DNA from: Alphaproteobacteria bacterium
GTDB taxonomy: Bacteria; Pseudomonadota; Alphaproteobacteria; MPNO01
Direction: 5' to 3'
Assembly: GCA_965202905.1 (NCBI GenBank)
Contig: OZ241868.1
Location: 900,879-964,878, forward strand
DNA: 64,000 nt
Both the position numbers and the translations under genes were made by a program. Below, piece after piece: positions 1 to 10,374 of this stretch (its first letter is position 1; every line of letters begins with the position of its first letter). The notes beneath the pieces were generated by a model. That model saw only the letters and a program-made list of their open reading frames with translations. It was not told where the DNA came from and searched no databases.

Positions 1-797
1 GCGTCCTGCCGACCACGCTGTTCGCGACCATCTGCTCGACCGCGACCGCGATCGTGGCGGCCAGACTCTATGGCCGCTTCGCCGCCTCTCCGGCCGCGAT
101 CGCCGAGCGTCTAAGGCTCGAGGTCCAGCCGGCCGAAACGCCCGCAGGGGGGGACCTGCCCGCGTTCGACGCGCAAGCCGCGCAAGCCGCAAGCGAAGCC
201 TATCCGACCTGGGTTTCGGTGCTGGCGCTGGGCTTCGTCGCGGCGCTGACGCCGCTGACTATATTCTTCGGCACCCATATCTCGCCCTGGATCATCCCCG
301 GCTTGATGGTTGGCCTTCTCGGGTTCGGGGTCGTCAGGCGTGTCAGGATCTACGAGGTCTTCGTCGAGGGCGCGCGCGACGGCTTTCAGGTCGCGGTCCG
401 GATCATTCCCTACCTGGTGGCAATCCTGGTGGCGGTCGGCATGTTCCGCTCCAGCGGCGCGCTGGAGGCGCTGATCGCGGTCATCTCGCCGGTCACCTCG
501 CTGGTCGGTATGCCGGCCGAAACGCTGCCCATGGCCCTGCTCCGCCCGCTGTCGGGCTCGGGCGCCTATGGCGTCCTGGCCTCGATCATCAACGATCCGG
601 CAGTCGGCCCGGACAGCTATGCCGGATACGTCGTCAGCACCCTCCAGGGCTCGACAGAGACGACGTTCTACGTGCTGGCGGTCTATTTCGGCGCCGTGCA
701 AATCCGCCGCATCCGGCACGCGCTGGCGGTCGGGCTGACCGCCGATCTCGCCGGGATCGCCGGCGCGGTGGCGATCTGCGCCGCGCTCTACGGCTGA
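1..797 (+). CDS. Nucleoside-recognition (Gate) domain membrane protein, SpmA/SpmB-like; 5' end runs off the window
   Basis: ORF 54..797 (GTG-initiated in the track) with no in-frame stop back to position 3. Hydrophobic multi-helix protein with PGLMVGLLGFG and GAYGVLASI motifs typical of nucleoside transporter/FeoB-gate domain proteins. Confidence 0.55.
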   Translation, partial: VLPTTLFATICSTATAIVAARLYGRFAASPAAIAERLRLEVQPAETPAGGDLPAFDAQAAQAASEAYPTWVSVLALGFVAALTPLTIFFGTHISPWIIPGLMVGLLGFGVVRRVRIYEVFVEGARDGFQVAVRIIPYLVAILVAVGMFRSSGALEALIAVISPVTSLVGMPAETLPMALLRPLSGSGAYGVLASIINDPAVGPDSYAGYVVSTLQGSTETTFYVLAVYFGAVQIRRIRHALAVGLTADLAGIAGAVAICAALYG

Positions 798-1230
798 CCG
801 GCAAGCAGCGGCTGTATTGCGCAAATGAATTCGGGTAAAAAGATACGGAGCCAAAGTCGGCGCCGGCCATTATGGCCCCGCAAGTTAAAGGGGGAACAAT
901 CAAACTCCCCTGTGGCGCAATGGATTCGCGGAAGGGAGAAACCGCAAATCCGAGCTACATGACCCTTAAATGCACTTGATTTGTTAATCGCAAAATGAGT
1001 TTTGCCGGAAATATAATTAGTCTTTTTATTTCAGTGAAATAGAGGATAGCTTGTCCAGCTTGTCGCGGCCGTCGCCAGCCCGCACGACCGGATCACCTGT
1101 GACAAAATCCGAATCGGCGATCACCCACGACATCGCAGGCAGCATCAATTCGCGCCGGACCGGGCGGATCACCCCGGGACTACCGCGCGAGGCGCCGCCG
1201 AGCCGGTTCAGTGGCCTCGATCGCCGGTCT

Positions 1231-1686
1231 CTATTGGCTCCACTCGGTCAGCCTGCCTTCGGAGAAATAGGCTCGGGACATGTGGATCACGCTGTCGAAC
1301 AGGATGCCCGCGGAGAACCTTCCGTGGCGATCACGCTGTACGCAGTAATGCGGGTAGTCGCAGCCGAAGATCCACTCTTCCAACCGGAGGTTCGAGAATT
1401 TGTTGATCCGATAGGGGCGGCCCCAGGCGGCGCTGACCTCCGCCGGGGTCATCCCGATCACGAGCTTACCCGACTTGATCGCATCTATAGTCCTGGTATC
1501 GAGGCCCGGGTTTGCCGCGATGTAGTCCTGGCGGGATTCCTGCAACAGCGTCCAGTCGGATTTCAGATCGCTCACGCATCCGCCGGACACCGCCACCGCC
1601 AGTGCCGCAAGGACCGTCATCCGGATTGCCCCAAGATTCCTGTCTTGTTCCACCGTCCCAATGGCCCTGAGCTTCAGATACCGCAA
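1231..1686 (-). CDS. Hypothetical lipoprotein
   Basis: N-terminal signal peptide MTVLAALAVAVSGGC with a lipobox cysteine. Overlaps an antisense low-complexity ORF (1051..1698) that I discounted. Start is probably internal, near MTVLAALAV. Confidence 0.35.
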   Translation of the reverse strand: MRYLKLRAIGTVEQDRNLGAIRMTVLAALAVAVSGGCVSDLKSDWTLLQESRQDYIAANPGLDTRTIDAIKSGKLVIGMTPAEVSAAWGRPYRINKFSNLRLEEWIFGCDYPHYCVQRDRHGRFSAGILFDSVIHMSRAYFSEGRLTEWSQ

Positions 1687-1694
1687 ATCCCGGC

Positions 1695-3050
1695 TTAGTC
1701 GCGCCGGTCGACGAACCGCGGCGCCTTGACGCTCGCCTCGAACTCCCCGGCGAGCGCGCCGGTCTCGAGGACCACGACCTCTGGGGTGAACTCGAACGAA
1801 GCCTTGGTTCGGCGCTCGACGTCCAGGCGCTGCGCCTCGGCGTCGACGCCGCGACGGATTTCGATCGAGACCCGCATCAGGTCGAGCCCGGTCGTGTCGT
1901 TGACCAGCTCGGCCTTGAAGTCGTTGATCGCGGCGTTCTCGAACATGAAGTCCTCGAACTCCTGGTGATTGACGTTCACCCCGCGAACTTTGAAGAACCC
2001 TGCGGTCCGGTGGGCGTGGCGCAGCAGCGGGAAAACCGAGAACGGGCCGTCATCGCTCGTCACCGGGTTCATGATCACGATGTCGCCGGAATCCCAGCGC
2101 AGGAAAGGCGCACCTTCGTTGCCGAATAGGGCGGTGACCACCAGCCGGCCGGGCGTACCGTCGGGAACCGGCTTGCGGGTCTCCGGATCGAGCACCTCGA
2201 AAAATGCGAGATCCGACCAGACCCGAAAGGCCTCGCGCGAGGGTCCTTCGGCGCCCAGCATGCTGATCTCGGTCATGCCGAAGCAGTCGAAGACCCTGGC
2301 CCCCCAATCGCGCTCCAGCTTCTCGCGCTTGGCCGCCGAGCAAGGCTCGGCGGTGCACATGACGGTCCTGACCGAGCTGCCGGCAAGATCGCGCCCTTCC
2401 GCGTTGGCGAGGTTCGCCAGATGCAGGCCGTAGCTCGACATCCCCATCCACACCGTCGGCAGGAGCATCCCGATCAACTCGAGCTGCTGGGTCGAGGGCA
2501 GCGATGCGCCCGATCCGCCCCAGACTACGCCCATGCCCATGATCTCGGCCGCGCGCGCCCACACGTGGCCGGCGGGGTGGATGCCAAGCGGCATCGACAG
2601 GTGCACCTTCTCGTTCGGTCCCGGCGCCGTTCCGATCCCGGCGCAAGCGAATGTCCGGGTGAACCCGATCATGTTGTAGAGCATGTCCTCGTAGGTCTTG
2701 GGGTAGAACAGCGGCCGGCCGGTGCTGCCGCCCGAGCGCCAGTACTCGCAAATCGGCGTCTGTCCGGCGGTGCAGAAATCGGCGTAAAACGCCTCCGGCG
2801 TCATCGCGCGGAGCTGGTCCTTGTCGAGGATCGGGATTCGCGCCCACTCCTCGGGATCGTCCAGCTTGTCGAGCGCGACCGACTCCAGCCGCGGCCGCCA
2901 GTAGCTCGACCGGCGCGCCCGCTCCACGGCCACGCGCTTTCGCGTGCTCTGCAGTGCCGCGAGGTCTTCAGGGCTTGCCGGAATGCATAGCGGCAGGTCG
3001 ACGTAATGGGCCCTGCGGTGGATCCGGGCGAGATTCTCGAGCGCGCTCAT
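1695..3050 (-). CDS. Phenylacetate-CoA ligase (PaaK)/coenzyme F390 synthetase family adenylate-forming enzyme
   Basis: The track ORF 1695..3701 is over-extended. The real start is MSALENL (ATG at 3050) in an ATGA overlap with the upstream gene's stop. YWRSGGSTGRP (AMP-binding P-loop-like), PaaK-type C-terminal region. Confidence 0.7.
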   Translation of the reverse strand: MSALENLARIHRRAHYVDLPLCIPASPEDLAALQSTRKRVAVERARRSSYWRPRLESVALDKLDDPEEWARIPILDKDQLRAMTPEAFYADFCTAGQTPICEYWRSGGSTGRPLFYPKTYEDMLYNMIGFTRTFACAGIGTAPGPNEKVHLSMPLGIHPAGHVWARAAEIMGMGVVWGGSGASLPSTQQLELIGMLLPTVWMGMSSYGLHLANLANAEGRDLAGSSVRTVMCTAEPCSAAKREKLERDWGARVFDCFGMTEISMLGAEGPSREAFRVWSDLAFFEVLDPETRKPVPDGTPGRLVVTALFGNEGAPFLRWDSGDIVIMNPVTSDDGPFSVFPLLRHAHRTAGFFKVRGVNVNHQEFEDFMFENAAINDFKAELVNDTTGLDLMRVSIEIRRGVDAEAQRLDVERRTKASFEFTPEVVVLETGALAGEFEASVKAPRFVDRRD

Positions 3051-4057
3051 GCGCCGCCGCGATCCCCGCGATAGCCGAGGGCGCCGACCCAGCGCTCCTG
3101 GGCCCGGTAGCTGTCCGGCAACCGCCCGACATCTTCCTCGGCGTGCATCGCGTTCAGGCGTTCCGTCTTCCCGGCGTTCGCCTCGGGGATCTCCGCCAAT
3201 GCCTCGTCCAGCATCGCCGCATAGTCCTCGCCCACCGGACAGACGTCCTGGCAGCGCCGGCAGCCGGTGATCACCCCGGCGCCGCGCAGGATGGATTGCC
3301 AGAGATTGAAGCTGGTCTCCGAACGGATCAGGTCGAGCTGGGCGGCCCCGTCGGGCGCCTCCAGGATCTTGCCCAAATGGTCGGCGAACTGAGCGAAGCC
3401 GTGCGGCGAGCGGTACCGGTCGCAAGCCGGCCAGTCCCGGTCCCAGTGACCGACCACATCGCCCGGACAGGCCGACAGGCAGCGGCCGCATTCCGGGCCC
3501 TTGCACAGGGTCTCGGCAATCCGGGAATCGGCCTCGCAGTCGAGGCTGCACAGCACCGCCGTCAGGATCACCCGCGGCCCGAATTCCGGCGTGATGAGCT
3601 GGAGGTTGAGCCCCAGCGTGCCGAGCCCGGCCTCGACCGCGGCATGGCTGAGCGAGAGCACCGTCGTCATGTGCTGTCCCGGATCGCCGCGATAGCGCCA
3701 CGGATCGACATGGGTCGGCGGGATGATAATCGCCGGATAGCCTTGATCCTCCAGCCAGAAGACCATCTCCAGCGCGGTCTCCTCCAGCATCGTCAGCGTG
3801 ATCTCGTCGTTGTAGTACTTATGGCGCTCGTCCCAGCGGGCGATCCGCGTGGTGCCGGCGGTGTAACGCTTGGCAAGAACGATCGCCCGGCCGGCGTCGT
3901 GCTCGGTGATGTCGCTCGGCCGGCGCGGATCGCGCGGGTCGGGCGGATGAGCGTCCATCACCGCGCCGTCGGCGATGCCGACGAGATCGGCGCCGAGCGC
4001 CCGGGCCTTCTCCTTGATCGCCGCGGCATCGAGCGGGGTCTTGTAGGCGGCGACCAT
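3047..4057 (-). CDS. QueG-like (epoxyqueuosine reductase family) 4Fe-4S double-cluster protein, paralog 1
   Basis: AGLGTLGLNLQLITPEFGPRV resembles the QueG AGLGWxGKxxLLIxPExGS region. Two Cys clusters: CKGPECGRCLSACP and CRRCQDVCP. 336 aa. Stop overlaps the PaaK-like start. Confidence 0.6.
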   Translation of the reverse strand: MVAAYKTPLDAAAIKEKARALGADLVGIADGAVMDAHPPDPRDPRRPSDITEHDAGRAIVLAKRYTAGTTRIARWDERHKYYNDEITLTMLEETALEMVFWLEDQGYPAIIIPPTHVDPWRYRGDPGQHMTTVLSLSHAAVEAGLGTLGLNLQLITPEFGPRVILTAVLCSLDCEADSRIAETLCKGPECGRCLSACPGDVVGHWDRDWPACDRYRSPHGFAQFADHLGKILEAPDGAAQLDLIRSETSFNLWQSILRGAGVITGCRRCQDVCPVGEDYAAMLDEALAEIPEANAGKTERLNAMHAEEDVGRLPDSYRAQERWVGALGYRGDRGGA

Positions 4058-4060
4058 CGC

Positions 4061-5086
4061 TCAGTCCTCGCCCGCGTCTTGCCCGCGCGCGCGCTGTTCC
4101 GCCTTGAAGGCCTGGAGCTGGCGGGCGACGATTCCCTTGTAACCTTCCGGTCCGACCCAGCGCACGTTCCAGTCGTCGAGCCCGTCGATGTCCGCGCCGG
4201 CCTTGCGCGCGTCCTTGAAGCCGCGCGCCTTATCGACCTTCTCCGGCGTCTTCTCCGGGATCACCTTCTGCAGCTCCGCCAAATGAGCGTGGTAGTCGTT
4301 GCCCACCGGACAGACCGCGAGGCAGCGCGGGCAATCGCCGAAAGAACCCACCACCCGCAACAGCCCCTGCCAGAACCCGAAGATCTCGCGGTCGGCGATC
4401 CGCCGGCGCCTGGTCGCGCCGTCCGATGCGATAAAGTGCTCCCAGAACTTGAGGATGGTCGAGAAGCCGAACTCCTGGGCTTCGGTCGAGCATGCCCGCT
4501 TGTCGATGCCGAAATGGCGCACCGCATCGGTCGGGCAGGAATAGAGGCAGCGGCTACAGCTCTCGCCGATACAAACCTGCTCGGTCATCGGTCGGTCGGG
4601 CTCCAACTCGCATTCGCTCAGCACGCCGGTCAGATAAACCCGCGGACCGAACTCCGGGGTCAGGATGTTCACTTCCAGGCCGAACGTGCCGAGCCCCGCC
4701 TCTATCCCCAGATGCCTTGTGCTGAGCCGTCCGTAGGACGCGCGCTTGTAGGACCAGTCGGTTTCCTGCGCCGCGGTCACGAAGCTCGGAAAGCCGGCGC
4801 GCTCCAGCGCCTCGACCACGCGATAGGCGATCTTGTCCATACGCCGCAGCACCAGCATGTCGATGTACTGGACCGGCACGTTGGTCTTGCAGCGGAAGGC
4901 GCCGACCGGGATGCGCTGGACGATGACGACGACCGATTTCACATGCGGCGAGATCCGCTCCGGGGTCTGGGGGAACAGCGGATCCGGGGGAAAGGCGTTG
5001 AGCACCTCCGCGCTTGCGACGCCGACCAGATCGGCGCCGAAGGATTTTGCCAAGTCCTTGACTTTCCGGGCTTCCATGACAACCAC
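4061..5086 (-). CDS. QueG-like 4Fe-4S double-cluster protein, paralog 2 (tandem duplicate)
   Basis: About 40% identical by eye to paralog 1 with the same architecture (GLGTFGLEVNILTPEFGPRV; CIGESCSRCLYSCP; CPRCLAVCPVG). 3-nt gap to paralog 1. Confidence 0.6.
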   Translation of the reverse strand: MVVMEARKVKDLAKSFGADLVGVASAEVLNAFPPDPLFPQTPERISPHVKSVVVIVQRIPVGAFRCKTNVPVQYIDMLVLRRMDKIAYRVVEALERAGFPSFVTAAQETDWSYKRASYGRLSTRHLGIEAGLGTFGLEVNILTPEFGPRVYLTGVLSECELEPDRPMTEQVCIGESCSRCLYSCPTDAVRHFGIDKRACSTEAQEFGFSTILKFWEHFIASDGATRRRRIADREIFGFWQGLLRVVGSFGDCPRCLAVCPVGNDYHAHLAELQKVIPEKTPEKVDKARGFKDARKAGADIDGLDDWNVRWVGPEGYKGIVARQLQAFKAEQRARGQDAGED

Positions 5087-5190
5087 GTTGACAGCCTTCG
5101 CGCGCCCAACCTCGCACAGCCCCCGGCGGGCGGCAAGTGGCGGACCGTGCGTTTGCCCGACCGCGCCGGGCGGCGTATTTAGAATTTATA

Positions 5191-6302
5191 TGAGTGGGTT
5201 TACCGTCTCACCGCTGGCGGGCGTCGATCGGGCCGCCGGCGATCTGCGCCGCGGCCTGCCGGTTATCGTCGCCGAACCGGACAGTACGGCCGGCGTGATC
5301 GCCTTCGCCGCTGAACTCGCCTCGGCCGAACGCTTGGCCGCGCTGCGGCGCTGGGCCGGCGCGGAGCCCGATCTGACGATCACCCGCAACCGGGCGATCA
5401 CGCTGAAGATCCGGCTCTATACCCCGGACGTGGTGCGCATTCCGGTCCCCGACTGGCTGTCGGTCGAGGCGCTGGCAAGTCTGGCGGACCCGGCGACCGA
5501 TCTGTCCCAGCCGCTGCGCGGGCCGTTCGAAGCGCGCCGCGAACCGGTGCCAGAAGGGGTCCTCGCCGCGATCCGCCTGGCCAAGATCGCCCGGCTGCTG
5601 CCGGCCGTGCTCGCCGTTACGGTCGATGATCTCGACGCTTCGTTGGGCGCGCTCGCCGCATCCGTCCTGCGCACGGGCGCATCGGACATCATGGCTTATG
5701 ATGTCGCCGCGGCCTGTGCGCTGGAGCGCGTAACCTCGGCGCGGGTCCCGCTCGCCGGCGCCGAGACGACCCGGGTCGTCGCCTTCCGGCCGTCCGACGG
5801 CGGTATCGAGCACTTCGCGATCGTGATCGGCGATCCCGCGCCGCCGGGCCCGGTGCTGGCGAGGCTTCACTCCGAATGCTTCACCGGCGACCTGCTCGGC
5901 TCACTCAAATGCGATTGCGGCCAGCAGCTTCGAGGGGCCATCGCGCAGATCTCGGCCGCCGGCAGCGGCGTCCTGCTCTACCTCGCCCAGGAAGGCCGCG
6001 GCATCGGTCTGATCAACAAGCTGCGCGCCTACGCGCTGCAGGACCAGGGCTTCGACACCGTGGAGGCCAACGAGCGGCTGGGCTTCGAGGCCGACGAGCG
6101 GATCTTCCTGCCCGCCGCGGAGATGCTGCGCCGGCTGGGCTTCGTCAAGGTCCGGTTGATGACCAACAACCCGGACAAGGTCGACGGACTCGCCCATTTC
6201 GGCATCGAAGTAACCGAGCGCGTCCCCCACGCCTTCCCGTCGAACGACCACAACGCGTTCTACCTGTCCACCAAGGCCCGCAAGAGCGGCCACCTCCTTT
6301 GA
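5191..6302 (+). CDS. ribA: GTP cyclohydrolase II with a roughly 170-aa N-terminal extension
   Basis: HSECFTGDLLGSLKCDCGQQL zinc/catalytic motif and the LAQEGRGIGLINKLRAYALQDQGFDTVEAN region of GCH-II. ATG at 5191 (MSGFTV). The track ORF 4833..6302 is over-extended. Confidence 0.8.
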
Positions 6303-6339
6303 GCACCGCCAGGGCCGCCGCGATGACCGGCCAGTGTCT

Positions 6340-6601
6340 CAAGTTTGAAATCGGGAGATGTTGACAGGTAAGGCCGCGAGAACCAGCGGCAGGCCATGCA
6401 GTATCGAAGCCTTGCGAAGCATCTGACGATGAGCTGTACGCCGGCGAGATAGAGTGATGTTTCGGCGGTGGCGATGGCGGTCTCGAAGTCCTTGGCGAGA
6501 CGTGGGTTACGGTTGAACCAGGCGAAGACGCGCTCGACGATCCAGCGCCTTGGCGCCGCCTGGAAGCCGGTGGCGGTGGCGGATCGTTTGACGAATTGCA
6601 C
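6340..6601 (-). mobile_element. IS5-family transposase C-terminal remnant (pseudogene)
   Basis: RRWIVERVFAWFNRNPRLAKDFE is the signature C-terminal motif of IS5/IS427-group DDE transposases. Only about the last 85 aa are present. There is no N-terminal part, and the reading frame runs past the normal C-terminus. Confidence 0.7.
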
Positions 6602-6727
6602 GCTCCAGCGGCATACGCTTCAATGAGGTTGTCGGCCTCGAGCGTGTTGAACCCACACGCAGCCGTCTATAGTTTGGCGCGCCGCTGCTCCGCTCCAGCG
6701 GGAATACGGCTTGCCCGGAGACGATGA

Positions 6728-7609
6728 ATGCTCGGAACCCTTTTCGGCCGTTCACAACCGGACACGCTGCGATATGAAAGGACGCGCCGTTCGTACGATG
6801 AAAAGCGGGGTTACGAGCAATGGCACCGGCAATGCCGCTCGGCGTTCGGGCCTACTCCGTCGAGGAGCATTGAAGCCGCGGAGCTTGAGAAAACCGGCTT
6901 TACAAGCCTGCCGGTCCTGTCGTCCCAGCAGGCCGGCTTGGTGCTGGACCGCATGCGCGCATGTGCGAGCCCGGTAGATGCCAGGACCCGAGACTATGAG
7001 GACGTTTTTGTAATCTTCGACCGGATCATGATCGCGGAGACGTTTGAGGAGATATTCAGCGGGCCGATCGACAGGACTATCAGTGCTTGTTTCGGCTCCG
7101 AACACCTGATCTACTGGTGGACTTTGAGAAGAACCCGATCCAGGAAGATGTCGGAACGATCATTCCTGTGGCATTGCGACAAGGGTCCCTCGTCGCACCT
7201 CAAGCTTCTCTTGTACTTCAACCCGACCGCAGAGCATGGTGGCAGTACCGAGTTCGCCAACAAGGACACCACCGAGGCAGTAGGCCGAACCGGTTATATC
7301 TACGGACCGAATGCGAAACGCAGATCGGACCTCCGACCGCTAGCCGAAACAAGCGGGATCGGGTTCGAGACGACCAGGTACGACATGGCCGCCGGTGAGG
7401 CCATTCTCTTCGAACCGGCGCGGGTCCTGCATCGGGGTATTCTTCCCGTCACGGGAGAGCGATGGGTTCTGACCCTCTGCCTCGTCCCCAGCCCGTTGCC
7501 GTGGCAGACGGTCTTCGCGCGAACCGGCGGTTTCGTTGCCCACGATTTCGCTTGGCATCGTCATGCTTCGGAGTTCGCCCGACTGATCGGTCATCCGACG
7601 ACCGGGTAA
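6728..7609 (+). CDS. Hypothetical protein, possible 2OG-Fe(II)/cupin-type oxygenase
   Basis: WHCDKG ... HRG spacing resembles an HxD...H facial triad. Local GC is lower than the surroundings. Sits next to the IS remnant. Confidence 0.3.
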   Translation: MLGTLFGRSQPDTLRYERTRRSYDEKRGYEQWHRQCRSAFGPTPSRSIEAAELEKTGFTSLPVLSSQQAGLVLDRMRACASPVDARTRDYEDVFVIFDRIMIAETFEEIFSGPIDRTISACFGSEHLIYWWTLRRTRSRKMSERSFLWHCDKGPSSHLKLLLYFNPTAEHGGSTEFANKDTTEAVGRTGYIYGPNAKRRSDLRPLAETSGIGFETTRYDMAAGEAILFEPARVLHRGILPVTGERWVLTLCLVPSPLPWQTVFARTGGFVAHDFAWHRHASEFARLIGHPTTG

Positions 7610-7948
7610 TATTGAGCGGTTCGGCAAGGAGGAGCACTACGATGCTACGGAGAGTACGTAAGCTGTATGCCGGCTTTTTCGGCCGCAGCCTGATCCCCAA
7701 ACGGCGGCGGCGCGTTCACCCGAGAGGAGATCGCGCAGTACCGCGAGGTATTACGCAAGCCGCTGTTGCTCAAGGGCGCGCCGTACACACATGATGCCGA
7801 ACGCCCGACCTCGCGATCGGGTTGGAAGGCGTCGTCTGGGGCCATGACGGGCGCCAGATCGACGCCCTGCCGGTGCCGATCGACATTTGAGCGGGATGGG
7901 CCAGAGAGTAGGAGGCAACGGAAATGGTTACTCTCGTAAATAACTCCC

Positions 7949-8850
7949 TTACCGCTTCGTCCTTTTCGCGAAACCGGAAATGAGGCCGGCACTTCGGGAA
8001 ATGGAATAGAGATTCCGCATGAAACGGTACGGAAGCGGCAGACATATCGGGATCAGGAGTATTTGTAGAACCAGCCTGACAGACGACTTGCCCAGCCCGG
8101 TCAGGCTCCCGGCCCGCCGCCGGCTTTCGGGAGCGCCCTTGAGGATCCGCGCGGCGCGGCCGAGCCCTTTATCGAAGCCGTATTTCAGGACCTTGAGCGT
8201 CGTCATCCGGCCACCGTGGCCGCGCAGAACGATCGAGTTTTGCGCCAGCGCCGTGGAAATACCGGCGGCGCGGGCGCGCAGGAAAAAGTCCTTGTCTTCG
8301 CCGAGACGAAATCGGGGTCGAAATAGGGGCGCGGCAACCGCTGAAACACCTCAGCATCAATCAACACGTTGCCGGTCCCGACATGGCGCGGCAGGCCGTT
8401 CGACCTAACCTCGCCGGAAAATACCGGATCCCTGAATGCGCCCAGCGTCGCCCTGGCCCAGCCGGGCGCGGGCGCCAACGGGTCTTGCCGCCAAGCCCCG
8501 AACACGATCCCGGAATGGGTTTGATGCCGTTTCGCGAGAAGCTGTTTCAGCCAATCCGGCTCGGGCCGGTCGTCGTCGTCCAGGAAAGCGATGAAATCGG
8601 CGCCGTGTTGGAGTGCCGCCTCGACGGCAGTCCCGCGGGCGAATCCGCGGCCGCGACGAGGCTCCGGCACATAGCGGACCATCGCGCCGGCGACGCCGGT
8701 GCAGGCCGCCTCGGCGCTTGGAGGGGCGTTGTCGACGACGAAGATCGCCGGCTCCTCAATATCGCTGTAATCGAATCCCGTGATAAGCCGAAGTAGCGAG
8801 GCGAGATGCTCCGGGCGCTTATAAGTGCAGATGCAGACGGCGATTTTCAT
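7949..8850 (-). pseudogene. Family-2 glycosyltransferase with a frameshift near 8315
   Basis: N-terminal MKIAVCICTYKRPEHL ... FVVDNAP ... FLDDDD (GT2 DxD). The C-terminal part (GEDKDFFLRARAAGISTALAQNS...) continues in another frame as ORF 7949..8206. Either a genuine frameshift or a sequencing error. Confidence 0.55.
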
Positions 8851-9183
8851 GGATGGGGGATGGGGAATGCGTCACCGATAAGCAGTCGTTCGATGCACCC
8901 GATTTTAAGCCGGCAGCGGGCTGCGGGCAAGGCACCGCCTACAGGCCCACCGACCTCACCGCGCGCGGCTGAACCAGTGCCGACAGACTCCGGCCGGCAC
9001 GCACCGGCTCAACAAGCTGGGTGCAGTCAGCGGCTATCGGTCGCTGGGCAAGGCGCCTCAAGGGCCGGCGCCGGCCCCGAACTGTACGAAGCGCCAGGAC
9101 TCGTTTGACGCGGCGGATATCGTGCGGCACGGCAGGCGACATCGAAGACTGAAAACCCGACGATCCGTGCGGTGGACCTGAGG

Positions 9184-9214
9184 CACAAAAGAAGGACGGC
9201 TCGAAGAGCCGTCC
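9184..9214 (-). terminator. Rho-independent terminator downstream of tRNA-Pro
   Basis: GGACGGCTC-GAA-GAGCCGTCC hairpin followed by a U-rich run on the minus-strand transcript. Confidence 0.5.
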
Positions 9215-9232
9215 CCAAGTGTTTGAAAATAT

Positions 9233-9309
<77 letters not shown>

Positions 9310-9368
9310 TCGGCTGTGCGAACGGGTGAATCATAGCAGGTTCGGGACGGATGACAACGTCTCCGGAC

Positions 9369-9899
9369 TCAGCCGATCGCCTTGCGGAGGCTTTCCCGGA
9401 GCGATTCGATCTCGGCCAGCACGTCTTCCATCGCGGCACGGAGGGCCTCGAGTTCGCCGGTGCCGGCCGTGGGCGTCTCGACCGCCATGACCGGCGCCGG
9501 CGCGGACGGCGTGCCGGCGGGCTCCGGAGGGGGCTTGGCGCGCTGGGGCGCAGCGCGCGCATCCTCGCCCGGCCCGGCCGGGCCGCGGGCCTCCGCGTCC
9601 CGGCCGGGCGCCTTGATGCCGTCCTTGCGCAGCAGCTTCTGGACGCCTTTGATCGTGTAGCCGTCCGTATACAGCAGCTCACGAATCAAGCGCAGCAGGT
9701 CGATGTCCTCAGGCCGGTAGTAGCGCCGGCCGCCGCCGCGCTTCAGCGGCCGGACCTGGCTGAACTTGCTCTCCCAGAACCGCAGCACATGCGGCGGCAC
9801 GTCGAGGTCGCCGGCGACCTCGCTGATCGTCCTGAACGCGGTTGCGGACTTGGTCCCGCGGCGGCGTTCCGGCTCGGTCGCTTCTGCGGGTTCAGCCAT
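9369..9899 (-). CDS. MerR-family transcriptional regulator
   Basis: N-terminal HTH ([25 protein letters not shown]), Pro/Ala-rich linker, C-terminal coiled coil. Conserved position downstream of ihfA in alphaproteobacteria. Confidence 0.7.
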   Translation of the reverse strand: MAEPAEATEPERRRGTKSATAFRTISEVAGDLDVPPHVLRFWESKFSQVRPLKRGGGRRYYRPEDIDLLRLIRELLYTDGYTIKGVQKLLRKDGIKAPGRDAEARGPAGPGEDARAAPQRAKPPPEPAGTPSAPAPVMAVETPTAGTGELEALRAAMEDVLAEIESLRESLRKAIG

Positions 9900-9911
9900 C
9901 GCCGCGATGCT

Positions 9912-10238
9912 CTAACCGTTCGCTTCGGCGCCGGAGAGGCGGGATAACGCGCCGTTGATGCGCGCCTTGAGCACGTTGGAGGCGCGGAAGACCAGCACCT
10001 TGCGCGGCATGATCGGGACCTCCTGTCCGGTCTTGGGATTGCGGCCGACGCGCTCTCCCTTCTGGCGGACCGAGAAGCTGCCGAAGGACGAGATCTTGAC
10101 CGGCTCGCCGCGCGTCAAGGTATCGGAGATCTCCCGCAGCACGGTCTCGACGAGGTCGGCCGATTCGTTCCGGGACAGGCCGACCTCCTGGTAGACTGCC
10201 TCGCTGAGCTGTGCGCGGGTTACGGTTTGTGGCGTCAT
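9912..10238 (-). CDS. ihfA: Integration host factor subunit alpha
   Basis: [31 protein letters not shown] ... [12 protein letters not shown] matches IHF/HU-fold IhfA. Start placed at ATG 10238. Confidence 0.85.
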   Translation of the reverse strand: MTPQTVTRAQLSEAVYQEVGLSRNESADLVETVLREISDTLTRGEPVKISSFGSFSVRQKGERVGRNPKTGQEVPIMPRKVLVFRASNVLKARINGALSRLSGAEANG

Positions 10239-10374
10239 TCCACTAGCCCCCATGGAATTTTGCCAAATCCTACTTCTACTGAATAAGGTAGTCAATTATC
10301 AAAGGGATAGAGCGATTGCCTAAAGTAGATCCGTGCCTGGGAATTCGGCGCTTCCGGACGGTTGCGGCGCCCGT

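Noticed and set aside
1051-1698. 215-aa plus-strand ORF overlapping the small lipoprotein ORF
   Set aside because: Low-complexity (S/P/R/G-rich) with no signal or motif. The minus-strand ORF with a lipoprotein signal is the more plausible product, though itself low-confidence.
2954-5182. 742-aa plus-strand ORF spanning the two QueG-like genes and the PaaK-like gene
   Set aside because: Antisense shadow ORF typical of GC-rich DNA (Arg/Ala/Gly/Pro-rich, no recognisable domain). The minus-strand genes carry clear family motifs.
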